Shown: positions 33,601 through 48,229 of the stretch, piece by piece
How the letters are laid out: each line of letters begins with the position of its first letter
Numbering within the stretch: position 1 is the first letter of the stretch
Assembly (NCBI GenBank): GCA_009602735.1
Contig: WELA01002166.1
Coordinates: forward strand, 144,476 to 208,475
Direction: 5' to 3'
DNA from: Mesotaenium endlicherianum
Taxonomy: Eukaryota
DNA: 64,000 nt
Position numbers and translations under genes: made by a program
Notes under the pieces: model-generated
What the model was told of the DNA's origin: nothing
The model's input: only the letters and a program-made list of their open reading frames with translations
The model's database searches: none

Positions 33601-36600
33601 CCTAGCTAACCGTTAAAGTACCTTTTCGTATTTCTTCGAAGCTGTTCGTAGGCGTCATTCGCTCGTACCATCAAACTTGGGTTTGCAAGCGTATGTTCCC
33701 GTACCGCCAGAGTGTGGCTTGCTAGGTGGCATTTCTGCAAGCACGTACAGTATGTACGTTTTGCATGATCATGTGCGCCTCTGTTTCATGCTATCCGTAC
33801 TACTGACGCGCACCGTGGAATTTGACCAGAAGTACTGGAATATTACGTTCTTGATAGAGATACGTTTGGCTGTTTCTTCTTTGCGTCCCACTATATATAC
33901 TCTAGCTCTGCGGGTATTCGGTTTCTTTTATATACCATGCAGCGCTTCTTCATAAGAAGTCACAATATTTTATTGTTGGCGAGGACTTTGCAATGGTGGG
34001 GCTGCAGCGATTGATGTGCGTAAGAAAGGAGAGGGCTGACCAGGACAAGGGCTCTGCGAGGGTGGGTTGAAGCACGATTCAGTTTTCGCGGAAGTGGGGG
34101 AACACAGCTACGGTGGTAGGATAAGGTAAACAGGTCTTAAGGGGGGATCAAAGTCAGCAGAAAAATACATGCTTGGAGGGGCTGACGACAGGTGTCAGGA
34201 GGCAGCAGCAGCAGCAGCAGCGCGCCCCCCTTCCCTGGGTCTGCTGCCCCGGGCTCCGCCTCTTGCCACCGTCTGCAGGTGCAGGCCCCCCCCTTGTCTC
34301 TCCTGCCACCTTGAAGGGTGGCTGGTGTGAGGGGGCTCCCTGCTTGTGTGCGCGTGCGCTCGTTCGCAGCCGGAGGTACAGGGGAGGACAGGGCAGGGCA
34401 GGGCGGGCACGAGGGGAGAGAAGACATGTGGGGGAGAGCAGGCTCGGTGACGTTCGGGGGGGAGGGGGGCGTGCAGCCCACCTGCTGCTGGTGCCTCACG
34501 AACCCTCCCTCCCCCCCTCACTTTCCCCCATGCTTTTCCTCTTGTACAGGCTCTGGTGGCAGAGCCTGTCCCCTGCAGAAGTTGCTCCTACACCCTCAGC
34601 ACCTCCCCTTCTCGCCTCCGCACCATGCCTTGCTTCTGCTATCGCGACCCGTGACATGCTGCATGCTTGCGTGCGTGTAGCCAGCGAGGCAGCGAGAAGC
34701 ACGGCCTGTCCTGCTGTGCTGGTGAGGTGGTCAGAGCCGTCTGCTGTCAAAGGCTGGGGGGAGATAAAGAACAAGACGGCGAGACTGGCTCCTGGGGGAG
34801 GTGCACCCAAATTGGGGGAGCCAGGGGAGGGTGTTGTTCTCCCCAGAGAGTGCAGGGGGCGCGTCGCTTGGTGGGATCCCTTGGGGGAACAGCTGCTGAC
34901 TTTATGTGGGGGGGCTGGCGGCAGCAGCTGCAACCCCCCCTGGTGTGGTGTGTGCAGCTTGCCCCTCTGATCTTGTGTCTGTGGGAACCTCCTACCCTCT
35001 GGGTTTGGTCTGCTCTCATGGGTGTGGTGGGTGTGCTCAACAGTCGGAGGGGGGCTGCTCAGGGGCTGCTTTTGGAGGAGGGCAACGACAGCAGCAGCGC
35101 CTCTGCTTGGTGCGCGGGGGCACCAGCAACCAGCAATGGTAGCCGCCGTCACCCTCTGATCTGGTGTGTGTGGTGGGGGGCGCTCTCCGGCGACTATGTG
35201 TCGGTGTGTGCTGGGGGCTGGTGCGCGAGATTGTTCAGGGACAGCGACTGCCCCCTCTGCGACTTGCTCTTGGGGGGGCGGGCAGAGGCTCTTCATGAAT
35301 CAGGGGCTGGGGGAGCCGTGCGGGGCAGCGGCTGTTCAAGGCGGCAACGGTGCGCCTCCCTGCATCTGGTTTCGTGCATGCTGTGAGCGTGGGCGTGCTG
35401 CGTGCTGTAGGCCACGGCAACGGGAGCCCCCTCTGGCGTGGCGTGTGCGGGGCGCCGGCAGCGGCCGCCCACCTTTCCTGGTCGCCCTCCCTGCCGTGAC
35501 TTCGTGTCGCACACGGGGCTGCCACGTGGCATTCGTGCGTGCGTTTGTGAATGCGTGCAGGCGCTGCCAGGCGACACGAGCACCCTGCTGTGCCGCTGCC
35601 GGCGTGCAGTCCTCTGAGTGCGACGGCCTGGTGCTGGCTGGCTGCGCAAGTTGCAAGGGGGGGAGGGGACGTCTGTGCTTGCCGTGCTGAGTCAGCTGAG
35701 GCCGGCCATGAGCGATGCTCAGCCTCTGCAGCTGTGCGAGGAGTGGGAGCCGGAGTGGGACTTCCAAGGCGGGCCCAGCAGCAGGGCCCCCTTTGGGGCT
35801 GCCACCTGGCAGCAGCGTTGAATCACGCCCGCTCTGCTGCTGCGGGCATCTCTTCCCCCCGCCGCTGCGGCTGTAGGGGCGTCTGGGCGGCGCCAGGTGT
35901 CCAGCCAGCCCGAGCCTCCATGGCGCTACAGCCGTGCTTGCATCTTCAGCATTCACATTAGCAGGGAATGCAGAGGAAGGGAGGGGGGGGGTGGGGGAAA
36001 GAGCAGGGGGGCGTGGCCGGGCGGCGCAAGCAGCTGCTGCAGCTGGAAGATGCGCGTACTGCAGGAGGAGGCAGGAAGGGTGGAGGGCTTGCCACCATCG
36101 GCAGCGTCTGCGCCCTTCCTGGTCGCTGTGTGCCGTTGCCGGGGGGCGATGGCTGCCCGCCTCTGCTTCGGGGTGCACTGGGGTGCCCTACCTCCTGCCT
36201 CTCCTCTCAAGCAAGGCCCGTGACACCCCGCGTGTACGCACACGCGTGCAGCCTGGAGAGTCTGGCTGTCCTGCTGTGTGTATGTGGTGGCCGGAGCCGT
36301 CTGTTGTGGCCTGCCCAATCAAGCCTCAAATGCGGGGAGGGAGGACAAGATGGGCGAGATTGAGTCGGGCGGGGAAGGGGCTCTCAGGGGATGTGCGTCG
36401 AGGTCAGGCTAGAGCGAGGAGGGCACATGCTGCTTCCCCTGCGTCCGGTGTGAGGGGCCCTGCGCGCGGTGCGGCGACAGCGGCGACCCCTCCTATGCTC
36501 TGATCTTCTCATCTCTGGGAATGCGTGTGGGCGGCTAAGGCAGCGGCCGATCCCTGACCCCTCCTCGGCGGGGTGTGTCCTGCGAGCAACGGTGACGGCA

Positions 36601-38567
36601 ACGACTGCCGCCGTCTTGCCTGGTGTGTGCTGGGCGTCGGGTAGGGGTGTGACGATAGGCGCCTGCCCGCCTCTGGTTTCGTGTGCATGAGGGAGTGGGG
36701 GTCGTTTGTGGGCTGCGAATGAGCGGACAACTGCAGCGGCGGCTCGGCTCTACACTGCTGTGTGCGCCTGCCCCTCCCCTCTGATGTCGTGTGTGCAAGA
36801 GGCTATCTGAAATGCAAGCCACAAAGTTGAATCACAGTTGAAAACTAGTGGGATCTATAAAGCCAAGGTTATCTTAAAAGAAGTATGGTGCGAAGCATAG
36901 CGCAGAAGAAGGAAGTGGTACAAAAAAAATTGGTTTTGTTCTCTGTTGATGGAAATGTTGTGCAAAATCTGTCCTTTGCTAACACTGAGTGGTATGCAAG
37001 ACATCTCAGTATGTCGCTGAGGGAAGTGGTGGACCAGAAAGTGAAGTACTACTACACTTAAAGAAGTGGCACGCGCAACATTGAGGTTCTTGTGAAGGTC
37101 CCTTGCTGTGAGTACGGTATGACAAACAAAGCAGTGAAAGGAAGCGGTCAGCTGGCTATAGTTGAACTTGGTAAAGGCAATGGTACGCCAAAATTGCGAT
37201 ATTTTTTGCAGGAATTGGTTGTATGCAAATTACAAAAAGTCCCTGAAAAGGATTATGGTACAAAAGACAGTAGTGGCAAAAATGGATTGTTACACAAACC
37301 ATTGTACTCCTCTACCAGTAGAAGTGGCATGCAGTAGTCAAATTACTTTGGAATATTTGGTTAAGAAAAAAAGAAAGCGAAGTGTTTGGCTACAAAGTAG
37401 TGATCCTTGCTGGAAAAGAATAATGAGGAAAAGGTTGGCACATAGATGTTGCATCACTTTGCTATAAGAAGTACAATAATCTCAAACTATAATAATATGC
37501 TGAGATTATTAGTATGTAAAAGAACCTAGCAAGAAGGAGCTAATAGTAGTCTAATGTTCTCTTATGTAAAATTGTCTTTTTTTAACCACATTATTTGGTA
37601 AAGTAACAATTTATTGACATATACTTTAAGTTGTTGTGCTATTAATTTTTCCAGTTAGAGCATCACCTATCAAAAACTTGTGTACAATGTTATATAATGT
37701 GAAGTACCACTTCTTCTTTTTGTTCTATATTTATCTCATAGTTCTCGTATCTTTGATATGCATTTTTCAAAATCCTACTAAATTATACTGAGTAATTTGT
37801 TTGTTAACAAAGGCCCCTTAAGTTTTTTGAAATACGTACGCTTCTTTCACATCCAAACTATGCGTTTTTCACTATTTTGCAAAGTAGTAATTGAATTTGT
37901 GTAGCCTTGGTCTTTGCAATGCCACTAGGTGGTGAGATTCGCAAAGTCGTCGTTCAAATAGCACAGAAGAAACCGTATATACGTTTGCAAAATACATATA
38001 TTTGTTTCATTTCCTACAAGATAAACAAGGCAACATACTATACCAGAATTCCTGCTGAAAGTAGAGGGAGCACCATCATATGAAATCCACTTTCTTGAAT
38101 TCAAAGAATTTGTCGCAATGGGCAGCTTGCGCATACCACATCTGCTTCTTTGAAGGTCGGGGTACAACAAGCTCAGGCTGGCAATCTTACAACAGGATGC
38201 TCCTACAAGATCTATGCATTCTACGATACAACACATTGAAAACGTTAGAATCAACCCAAGAGCTTTACATTGCCCACCTTGCGGTAAACTCTGCATTGGC
38301 TGGCGGCTACTGCACTACTTACGCCCCATACAGATACCCATTGATTTACTTGTACGTTGCGTCCATCTTCATACTCCAGTGGAGACCCTTCAATACATTC
38401 ACAGGGTCAAAAGGGCCCTTGCAAAAGCAGCTCTGCGCACCCCAGTTCCTTCTCGACCGATTTTCCCCATACACTTACAGCCTTACTTGCCGAATGATCG
38501 GCAACTCAACAACTTCTCTCTTGATGAATACTCTCGCCCACGCTGTGGACCTTGGTCCTTCTGCGAC

Positions 38568-40710
38568 TCAAGGAGTTTCAGCTTGCGCCTCCAGGGCCTG
38601 CATTACGCTCTCCACCCACCTGCACCCATCCAGCTTTTGGAGGCAATGTTGTCAAACGGCCTCCCCGGCTTGGCTGCGGGGACCGGTTCTCCGTGTCAAG
38701 AGCGTTCCAGCTGGAACTTCTAGACAATGAGCGCGGGACTGGGCACTCATGTGTGAGGAGCTAGAACTGGGCGGACAGCAACAAAGAGACAAGGACGCGC
38801 GAATTTGCAGGAGAGTTGAACAGTGGCGGCGCCTCCTGTGCCTCCCAGTCAGTGGAGGGACCATGGCAACTGTAGAGACACACGCAGAGAGATAAAAGCA
38901 CGGCAAGCAGCGCCTCCCCTACCCGTCGATGCCGGGGCTGTCGGGATGGTAGATGCGAGTGAGCCCGGCCTTCCTGGCGGCCTCGGCAGAAGTGCTGCCG
39001 ATGCACGCGGCTGCGCCCGCCCACTCGCCGACGCCGTCGCCATTGCGATTGCTCGCAACCAGCTCCACCCACGCTCTGCACCCCCACACAGCCCCGCGCA
39101 TATATCCCCAAGAAGAGAAGTTAAGCAAGAGTTGTTCTTGGCCAGCCCCACAGCTCCGAACTCTGAACATGGACAGTAATAAAAATCCCCCCCCTCTCCT
39201 CCCCTCTCTCCGCCTCCGCCTCCCCCGCCCCCTTTTGTCCCCACGAGAAGGAACGGCTGCGAGGGGGAGGGGTTGCATTACTTTCAGACGCCAAGAGTGG
39301 GCACACGACAGGCGCATGTAGGTGTGCAGGCAGACATGCACGCATGCACGGCGGCAAGCATGCACACTCACAAAGGACAAGAAGGGACAGGCAGTGAGAA
39401 AGAGAAAACTCCTCTCGTATAAGGGGAGAAATTTTGAAAAAGATGAAGACCAAAAGTCATAAAACATATGTCTATATGTACATTTATATAGAGGTATATA
39501 CATCTGTATATATACACATATATATGCATATATACAACCAGTCGTCGACACGCTGCACCCACAAACAACAGCCGTTGCCTGCCCCCCACTCTCCATGCAT
39601 TCGTCCTTTTACATCCCCAAACAAATATTCTCTTCTAAACATCTTATTTAATCTCTGTCAATGTGTACCTGACAGCGGTGGGGGAGGCAAAGGTGGCAAC
39701 GGGGGCTCTAGCAGCAGCCTGGATGGCCTCCAGGCTGACGTCTCTCACTGTCTCCTGCCCTTGCCCACAGGCGCGCGTGGGGGAACACACACACACACAC
39801 AGGGAGAGAGAGAGAGAACAGAAGAGAAAGGGGCGATGCCCACTCGCAATTGATTCAGCACTCGTCAGAGCTAATATTCAGGAGAAGAGCTGGTGTGCTA
39901 CACGCGAGCGGCGGACATCAGTCAGAAACACAATGGGGCACCCAATGGCAGGACACGACTCGACCGGTTCCCACCCCCAACTGCAGCGACATGACTGTTG
40001 CCTACTCTGCACAGATGCCTCGCAGATAAGCTGAGAGGACCAGGATGCCCCCACCCCCTCTCTCCTAGGAGCCTGATAAGTAGCAGGTCCACTCACGCGG
40101 GGGGCCAGCGCACCTGGCGCAGGAGGATGCAAAGGGGGGGAGCAGCATCAGCCAGTGTGGCACCATAGGATGGGATGCGTCCGGGAGCCATGGAGAAAAG
40201 CTCCAGATTCCCAGGCAGGCTGAGGAGAAAGAGAGGCCTGCTAGTGGCGCAAATATAAGCACCGCACGGTCGTTGGCTTGCTACAAAGACCGAGCCATGC
40301 GAGCCGGCACGAGGCGAGACAACCGCGTGGAGCGGAAGTCAGCTCACGCGCACGCAGAGCTACCCGGAACCCACGCTTCATACACGTGTCCGTTCTGACT
40401 TTGAACTTGTCCCAGCCATGACACGTGGCAAGTTCCCAGTGGCGAGCTGCCCCGTCTTGTCCCCCCTCGCAGATACGACACGTTGCGAAAGAGAAGAAAG
40501 CGCGCGACTCCCTCTGAGCTACGTTGAAGGGAAGAACGCATGCAAAAGATGGAGAGGTCTCAGCGTTAGCAACGTTGAAAAGGCTCGAGGATGGGCTGAG
40601 GGCACACGGCGTGTCTCTGGGAGACAAGAGTCGTCCACTCACGGTGGAGTAGGTGTTGAGGCGCACAACTTGGAAGCCGCGCTCAGTCAGTCCGTTCTCT
40701 GCACGTGAAC

Positions 40711-40771
<61 letters not shown>

Positions 40772-43700
40772 GGGGGGGGGGGGATTGAGAAGGAGGCAGA
40801 TAGCTCTTTCGAGGGTTAGAGGGGCACGGTCGGTCTCTTTCGGCGGACACCTGGCAGACCACTCCTTGCACAGGGGTCGCACCCAGGGTCCCCCTTCATG
40901 CTTCCTCTGCCCTCCAGGCTGCATGCCACTGGGCTCACGGGCAGGCAGAGGCACAACTGAGAGGGGAAGCAATCAAAGGGAGCCGCCAGCCCGCGCTTTT
41001 CATACTCATGTTCAATACCATCTATACAACTTTCAAACATGGTGTTGCCTTACGTAAAAATTCAATTAAAAATTGTGATATAAATCAACATATTCCCCCA
41101 CTTCTTGTATTTATAATTTAAAACACTTCCACGTCACTCATGGTTCTTTAATGATGGGTGTATACATACATAGGGTCCTGTTCACAAGGACGGAGGCCTC
41201 CAAAGCAACTTGCACAGTGAGCATCATAAGACTACGCCTTGGTAATGCACCCCTAAACCCTAAACCCTAAACCCGCTTTCACCCTACTAAAGCGCAGGGT
41301 GCCCGTCGTTGGACACAGGTTGAGACGGATCTTGTGCGGAAGGGCTGGCTCGGGGGTTGGGCTCCACCAGCACGTCGTTCTCTGAGGGCGGAGGAAAGCG
41401 AGCGCGACGACGGGGGTTACAGCCAGCCTCGGCAGGGCAGCTGTAGAACAGCACGAGGCCCTTGAGGGGCCTTGGTTAAGGCGTTGAGATCCCATCGGAT
41501 CAGATTGGATGAGATCGGATCGGATCGGGTCGGATCGGAGGGGATCGGATCGGATTGGATCAGATCGGACAGATCGGATCTGTCGGATGTGATGGGATGT
41601 GATCGGATTGCTGCCAGCCTCGGAAGAGGAAGGTGTGCATACCATTGGGCAGAAACTCCATTCATAATTCGGGGGGAACTTACGCAAAAAGTGAAAGGAT
41701 TCTCACATTACCCAAACATCAAAGGCTGGACAGTACAACACAATTGTTCAATATGTCAATATACAAAATTAATATAAACCGAATTCAGAAAGCCACGCAA
41801 ATACTCCAGAGCCCGGAAAAAGTCAGTCAAGTACTCGATGCAACACGGCAAGAACTCAAAGGTCCGGCATTAGACTTCGGCGAGTTTCTCCCCCATGGTG
41901 CATGCTGCAGCACGAGGCCCAGGGTCCCCTGTCTGGGGTCTAGGATTAGGAATAGGGTTTGGTGGCAGGAGGAAGCGCAGGAGGGAGCAAGCATACCAGG
42001 AGGCCCCTAGCTGCCACCCTTGGCAGGGGGGGGGCTGGGGCGCACCGGGCAAGGCCAGGTGGCCACGTCTGACGCATCCGAGATCGAGCGACAAGACTTG
42101 GGGTTGCTGAGGGGGGTTTAGGGTTCCGGGGGGGGCAACATTTAGGGTTTGCTAGGGTGTGCAGAGACGTTGGAGTCTGCATGGGTGTCGAGGATGGTTC
42201 TGAGGGAGAGAGGGTTGGGGTTGGGTTTAGGGTTTGCAAAGAGCCATGAAGAATGGGTGGCAGGGGCGGGCGTGCGCACCGAGGTCGCTGCCGGCCTTGG
42301 CAGAGGAGGGGTACAGGATGAGGCCAGTGCTGCCCTCCACCTTCGGCAGCTCCACTGCCAGCACCTTTGCCGTCGCTGGATGCACGCAGACACATCCCTC
42401 GCACCAAGCCCCCCCAGCCCCCCCCCTCCCCGCCCCCGCNNNNNNNNNNNNNNNNNNNNNNNNNNNNNNNNNNNNNNNNNNNNNNNNNNNNNNNNNNNNN
42501 NNNNNNNNNNNNNNNNNNNNNNNNNNNNNNNNNNNNNNNNNNNNNNNNNNNNNNNNNNNNNNNNNNNNNNNNNNNNNNNNNNNNNNNNNNNNNNNNNNNN
42601 NNNNNNNNNNNNNNNNNNNNNNNNNNNNNNNNNNNNNNNNNNNNNNNNNNNNNNNNNNNNNNNNNNNNNNNNNNNNNNNNNNNNNNNNNNNNNNNNNNNN
42701 NNNNNNNNNNNNNNNNNNNNNCCCCCGCACCCCTCCGGCCGCTCCCAAGCCCCCGCCAAGCCTTCCACCAATCAGCCTAAGGGACAGACTCGCTTAGACC
42801 CGCCTCCGCAACCGGCGCAGGGAAGGTTGCATTTACAGGTGAGAATACGTGCGTGCACAGACACACGCACGCACACGCATTAACACACACAAACACGCAC
42901 AAACACGCAAGCACAGGCACAGGCACAGGCCCAGGCACACAGGCAGGCGCACGGAGGCAGACACAGGTACGCTAACAAGCACACACACACACACACACAC
43001 ACATGCACTCGTGAGTTTGGGTGCGTGTGCGCCCACGTGAATGCGTGCATATCGACAGTACCTTTGGAGGGAGTGAAGGCGATGGGGAGTTTGTGCGCGT
43101 CCGGAAGGCCCTCTAGGGCCTGGCCGGTGCCCAGCCCCACCACTGCAAGCCTCAGCTCCGGGCTCCCTGCCTCCCTGCAGCGTGCGCGCACTAGGGCAGG
43201 GTTTAGGGCTCAGTTTTCAGCAGGTTTAGGGTTTGGGGTTCGGGGTTCAGCAGGAACAAGGGCTCGGTGTTCTGCAGAAATAAGGAAATCAGGGTTCAGC
43301 GTTCAAAACTCAGGAGGAACAAGGGTTCAGGGGTTTGGGAGTCTGCAGGATGGAGAGTTTAGGGTTGGGGGTGCCGGGCTTGGGGTCCAAACCTGAGCAG
43401 GGCCTTGGGGTCGGGATTGGGTGTGGGAGAAAGGCTAGGGATTCTTTCGAGCTAGGATTTGGATAAGGGGCATATGAATGGCGGGGATCATCAGGGGGGC
43501 CTGCGGTAGATGAGAGTGCGAACGCTCGCTCCACGGCGCGGCCGGCTCGGGCGTATTGGCCAGCCAGAAAAGTGCATGTGGGTTTCACATACTTTACGAC
43601 GGTGCTCTCTCTCTCTGACACAGAAAGAGCGAGAGAGAGTGTCGTATGCGTACGAATAGGCGCACGCATTTTATTGTTGCTTGTTTTTTGTTGGTATGCA

Positions 43701-44292
43701 TGTATATGTGTGGCTGTGCACATCAGTGTGTGCGTGTGTGTGCGTGTGTGTGCGTGTGCGTGCGGGGAACCTGGAGCTAGGAGGACATGTATGAGCACGC
43801 ACTTCTTATGGCTCGTACACACACACACTGACCCACGAACTGACGAAGATAAGAGAGGTAGTGCAACCGACGTGACCGGGGCGCGTGCGTGTGCGTGTGC
43901 TCCTAACGCAGCGATTGGTCGCCATAGAGAATATGTAGTCCACATCCAGGGGAGCATGAGGAGGGGTAGCGCGGACCAACGCAAGCGGGCCCCGCTCCTT
44001 CTAGAGAAAGAGGGAACAGAGAAGAATGGCGTCTAGCGGGCTCATCAAACAGGCTCGTGCTATTCTTCCGCTCTTCCTCTTCACGTGAGGTCTGCCCCCC
44101 GAAGCAACAAGCGGGCTGCGTGGGGGGACCACACGCCTCCAGCTCCCCACAGGCAACACTGAGAAACTAGCTCAAGGACAATGGGTGCATCAATCACACA
44201 GGGCTGCTCCCCCAAACCGCACCCCCCCCCCCCTGCNNNNNNNNNNNNNNNNNNNNNNNNNNNNNNNNNNNNNNNNNNNNNNNNNNNNNNNN

Positions 44293-44330
<38 letters not shown>

Positions 44331-47300
44331 AATGTCTCTCAACGAGGACGATGATGAAAACGTCCAAGTGAGAGAGGAAAAGGAGAGGCACACCCTACGC
44401 CAGCAGCGGCAGGGGATGATGCTACTCGACTGTTCCTGCCGAACTGTAGGTTTTGGTGTTCAAACCCAGGGGGCAGAGTTTAGGGCGACATGTGTCGGGT
44501 TTAGCTGCGCTCTCCAGGCCGCGTCTGACAGCATCCAGGCTGAGGGCGAAGCGTGTGAAAGAGCAGAGGCGGAGGGAGCACAGGTGCGCGTTGCTTTGGC
44601 CCAACTGACTTGATCTCTTACTTTGCCTTTGACTGGCTTTGACCTTGACTGGCTTTGACCCTGACTGTGAAGGGAAGGAGCTCCCTGGGCCACCGCTGAA
44701 TGTTCGCCGAAATCGGAGAGTGACGTGATACTCCAAGGGCTGGTCATGGTTATAATCCAAGGACACGACTGGAAAAAAAGGCCTCAAAGAAACGTCACCG
44801 GGAAACGAATAAGTGCGTGCCCATTGCGTTAACATCTTCGATCTATTCAATGAACTGACCGACAGCGTTGGAAATATATGGCCAACCTTCGAGCAAAAGC
44901 TGCAGCCAAGTCCCTCTGGCGAGCCCGTCTCGGCCCCTACTGACTGCCAGTTTCAGAGACTGCCATTTGAGCTTTGGGCCCGGCCACAGCGATGGCAGAA
45001 GAGCAGGGATGGCAGGATTGCAGTGCAGCAAATAGCACAAAACATTCAAAAAAACTGAACTTTGCCGTGTTCTGACGTGCCTTGTCTTCTTCTGCACGCC
45101 TCAAGCGCATATTGTGGCTCGCTGTTGCTGTTCTTTCTTTTGTGTTTGTTTGTTTGTTTTTTTCTTCTTCTTCTTCTTCTTATTTGCACTTTTCCCCCCT
45201 TGCTTCGTGTTCCACTGGGTTGCGTAATTGCAACCTCTGGATTATTTTAGCCAGAGGGAGGAGGGAAGAGAATTTGGAGAGAGAGAGTTTTCTTCGCGAT
45301 ACTGAAAATTTGGGTTCCGCTCTTGCTCTTGCTCTTGCTCTCCAACCCCTCCCCCACTTCCCCCCTCAGCTCCCCCTCTCCCCCTCCTTTTCCCTTTTTT
45401 TTCCAAATCCATCCCACCCTCCCCCCACCCNNNNNNNNNNNNNNNNNNNNNNNNNNNNNNNNNNNNNNNNNNNNNNNNNNNNNNNNNNNNNNNNNNNNNN
45501 NNNNNNNNNNNNNNNNNNNNNNNNNNNNNNNNNNNNNNNNNNNNNNNNNNNNNNNNNNNNNNNNNNNNNNNNNNNNNNNNNNNNNNNNNNNNNNNNNNNN
45601 NNNNNNNNNNNNNNNNNNNNNNNNNNNNNNNNNNNNNNNNNNNNNNNNNNNNNNNNNNNNNNNNNNNNNNNNNNNNNNNNNNNNNNNNNNNNNNNNNNNN
45701 NNNNNNNNNNNNNNNNNNNNNNNNNNNNNNNNNNNNNNNNNNNNNNNNNNNNNNNNNNNNNNNNNNNNNNNNNNNNNNNNNNNNNNNNNNNNNNNNNNNN
45801 NNNNNNNNNNNNNNNNNNNNNNNNNNNNNNNNNNNNNNNNNNNNNNNNNNNNNNNNNNNNNNNNNNNNNNNNNNNNNNNNNNNNNNNNNNNNNCCCACCC
45901 CCACCGCGCCCGGGCCCTCCCTCCTCTCCTGATGTGACAAACAAGGGAGAGAAACAGCAAAGGGCTCCCCCCCTCTCTAGTCACGGGGACGTTAAGGGGC
46001 AGGAAGGGGCCCACCCCGGAGGACATGGGGGAGGCGGTGCAGATCGGGCCCCTCGCTGTGCTCTATCAGAGGGAGCTCCATGCACTGTATGCCCTTCAGC
46101 TCCTGCAAGCCAAAAAAATGGGAAAAAAAACCAAAAAAACCAACAAAATAAATGAACAAAACAAACAAAAAACAAAAGAAACAAAACAAAACTCCTTGCA
46201 AGAATATTGCAGGGGTGGCAGCGCACGAGTTGCAGGGCAAGTGAGAAGAATGTGCGTGGTTGCTGCACGGCTGCAAAGTCCTAGGCACCGCATGCCCCTC
46301 CAGCGCCCGCGATGAACGCCGCGCAATGTTGTCATTCCGAGCGAGACTGTGTGGTTCGTTGCGCCCCGGCTGCAAGGCGTAGGGTCTGTATGAGACAAGG
46401 AGTAGGGTCTCCCTTCATGCAGCTCCCGCGATACAAACCTCGCAAGTGTATAATTCCAAGGGCGAGTTTGAACAGAAAAGCTCAGACCTGCACGACTGCA
46501 AGGCTCACGCACAGCATGACCCCTCAGCTCCTGGGATGATGAACACCTTGGAAGAAGTTGTTCCTACTGAGAAGAACATGACAAAGTAACGTGGCTGCGT
46601 GATTGAGAGCGAGTGCCAAGTCCATGTCTTGCTTTTGGCCACATGCAGGCGATACATCTCTCGTTGTGTCGTGCAAGAGATGGTTCCGTGTCAACTCGTA
46701 TGTGACACACGCACACGCAAACACAATACAGTATAATTTATATACATATATGTACACTATGCACATCCAAATAGATATATGTGTGCATTATGTCTCCTCG
46801 CCAGCAGTCTGTGCATTAGGCAACTCTTCACACCCCATACAAACCGCAATCTTCAACTGATGGACCTCAAATGTGACTTTATTTCTATGAAAATCCAGAG
46901 CTCAGCAGAGGCAGTATGCAACATGGCCTAGTCCACAAGTACACTACATTGATTAATTCCTAGGACATATTTTTTTACATCAATAACAAAATTTAATACC
47001 CTATTTTTTTCACCTGTTTTATTACATTCAGATCACATAGGGAGACATATACACACATGCATATATAGCCTGCTGAACACGATAGCATATGGACAACACA
47101 TACGCATTTTCAAGCAGCAGTGACTAGACAAACAGTACATTCTAGAATCAGGCCAAGAGAGGGAGGTAGGCTACCAGAGCTTTGATAAGTTTGCCGTTTT
47201 TCCCATGCTCCCTGGTCACCACCACAGAGGCTTCGGAATTGGGACTTGAGGCTCTGCAGACGACCCTAACAGATGTTTGAAGTTTCCTTGCGCTCACAAA

Positions 47301-47504
47301 CTTGCCGGCAACGAGGTCTCTTCTTTGTCTAGAAGGCAAACTGGAGCTTGGAGTGTGCGCTGTTGAACATAAAAACAATAATGTACAATTCGTCAGCTAT
47401 AGACGCACAGTCTTGGCGAAATTGAACATTCTCCTTCTCGAGCACATAGCTAGCAGATACTTGGGGGTTGCAAATGATATCAACATGGAGGTTGCAGACA
47501 ACAT
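38568..47504 (-). CDS. UROS: Uroporphyrinogen-III synthase (HemD), plastid-targeted
   Basis: Exons: transit region from ~47504 (5' structure uncertain) to 47175 (VVVTREHGKNGKLIKAL), 46102-46015 (ELPLIEHSEGPDL), one exon (expected ..TSPEA..) probably in an N gap, 43174-43062 (AVVGLGTG..FTPSK), 42375-42280 (LYPSSAKA), 40698-40643 (RGFQVVRLNTYST), 39754-39669 (FASPTAV), 39075-38923 (ACIGSTSAEAA..PDSPGIDG), 38619-38568 (WVESVMQAL..stop). Confidence 0.92.
40713..40783. repeat. (GA)n microsatellite followed by a G run
   Basis: Directly visible; forms the polypyrimidine tract upstream of the acceptor at 40698 on the minus strand. Confidence 0.9.
41251..41274. repeat. Plant-type telomeric (CCCTAAA)3 tract in a UROS intron
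   Basis: ccctaaaccctaaaccctaaaccc. Confidence 0.85.
41494..41610. repeat. (CGGAT)n-type pentanucleotide satellite in a UROS intron
   Basis: atcggatcagattggatgagatcggatcggatcgggtcggatcgg..., about 20 degenerate pentamers. Confidence 0.85.
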
Positions 47505-48229
47505 CAATTTATAGTCGTACTGTGAAGGCTGGCGAGAAGCTTACAGTTCGTAAAATTGGTCCTAACACAGCCAGCGAACTTTCTTGAAGCATCTGAGCCA
47601 AGTAAGCCACCATATACACAACCCACGTGGGAAACAGCGGTTGCCATTGAAGGCCCTTCAGGTTGCACGACCGCGAGCTAATCACGATGTTACCAATTTA
47701 GTCTCACCTATCCACGCACGCTTCTATGGACGCTAATGTATATGAGCTCAAAAGCAGGTGCTCCAGCTACTTTGATCCTCAGGTACTGTGCAACAAGTTC
47801 TTATACTCAGTGGCTATTCACACGCCTTCATAGAGTGTCTTCAACACCGAGAGAGGACGACAAATTATACACTCGTTTCTTATGCGAGCATGTCACGAGT
47901 GGCAACCTATGTACAAGGAGTATTATCCACGTTAACTCATTATACAGAATGCCTTGAGAGCTATGTAGAGTGGTTCATAGCAGCTTTTGAGGAAGCCGGG
48001 CAATACTCCAGTGATGAAAATTAGTGAAAATGAACGACAGTGGATAATGCAGGATAATGACGTGATTACGTCTACATTGGTCTACATTCTTTGACTTGCC
48101 TTTGACTAGTGCCACCTATCGGAGTTCACGACATTTCGGATTTGTACGTCAACTAGCTGGCACTTATGCAAAGGTACGCTTGTATAGGTGTCCGTTTATT
48201 GGGCTATATATCTGCAAATATGAAGCAGA

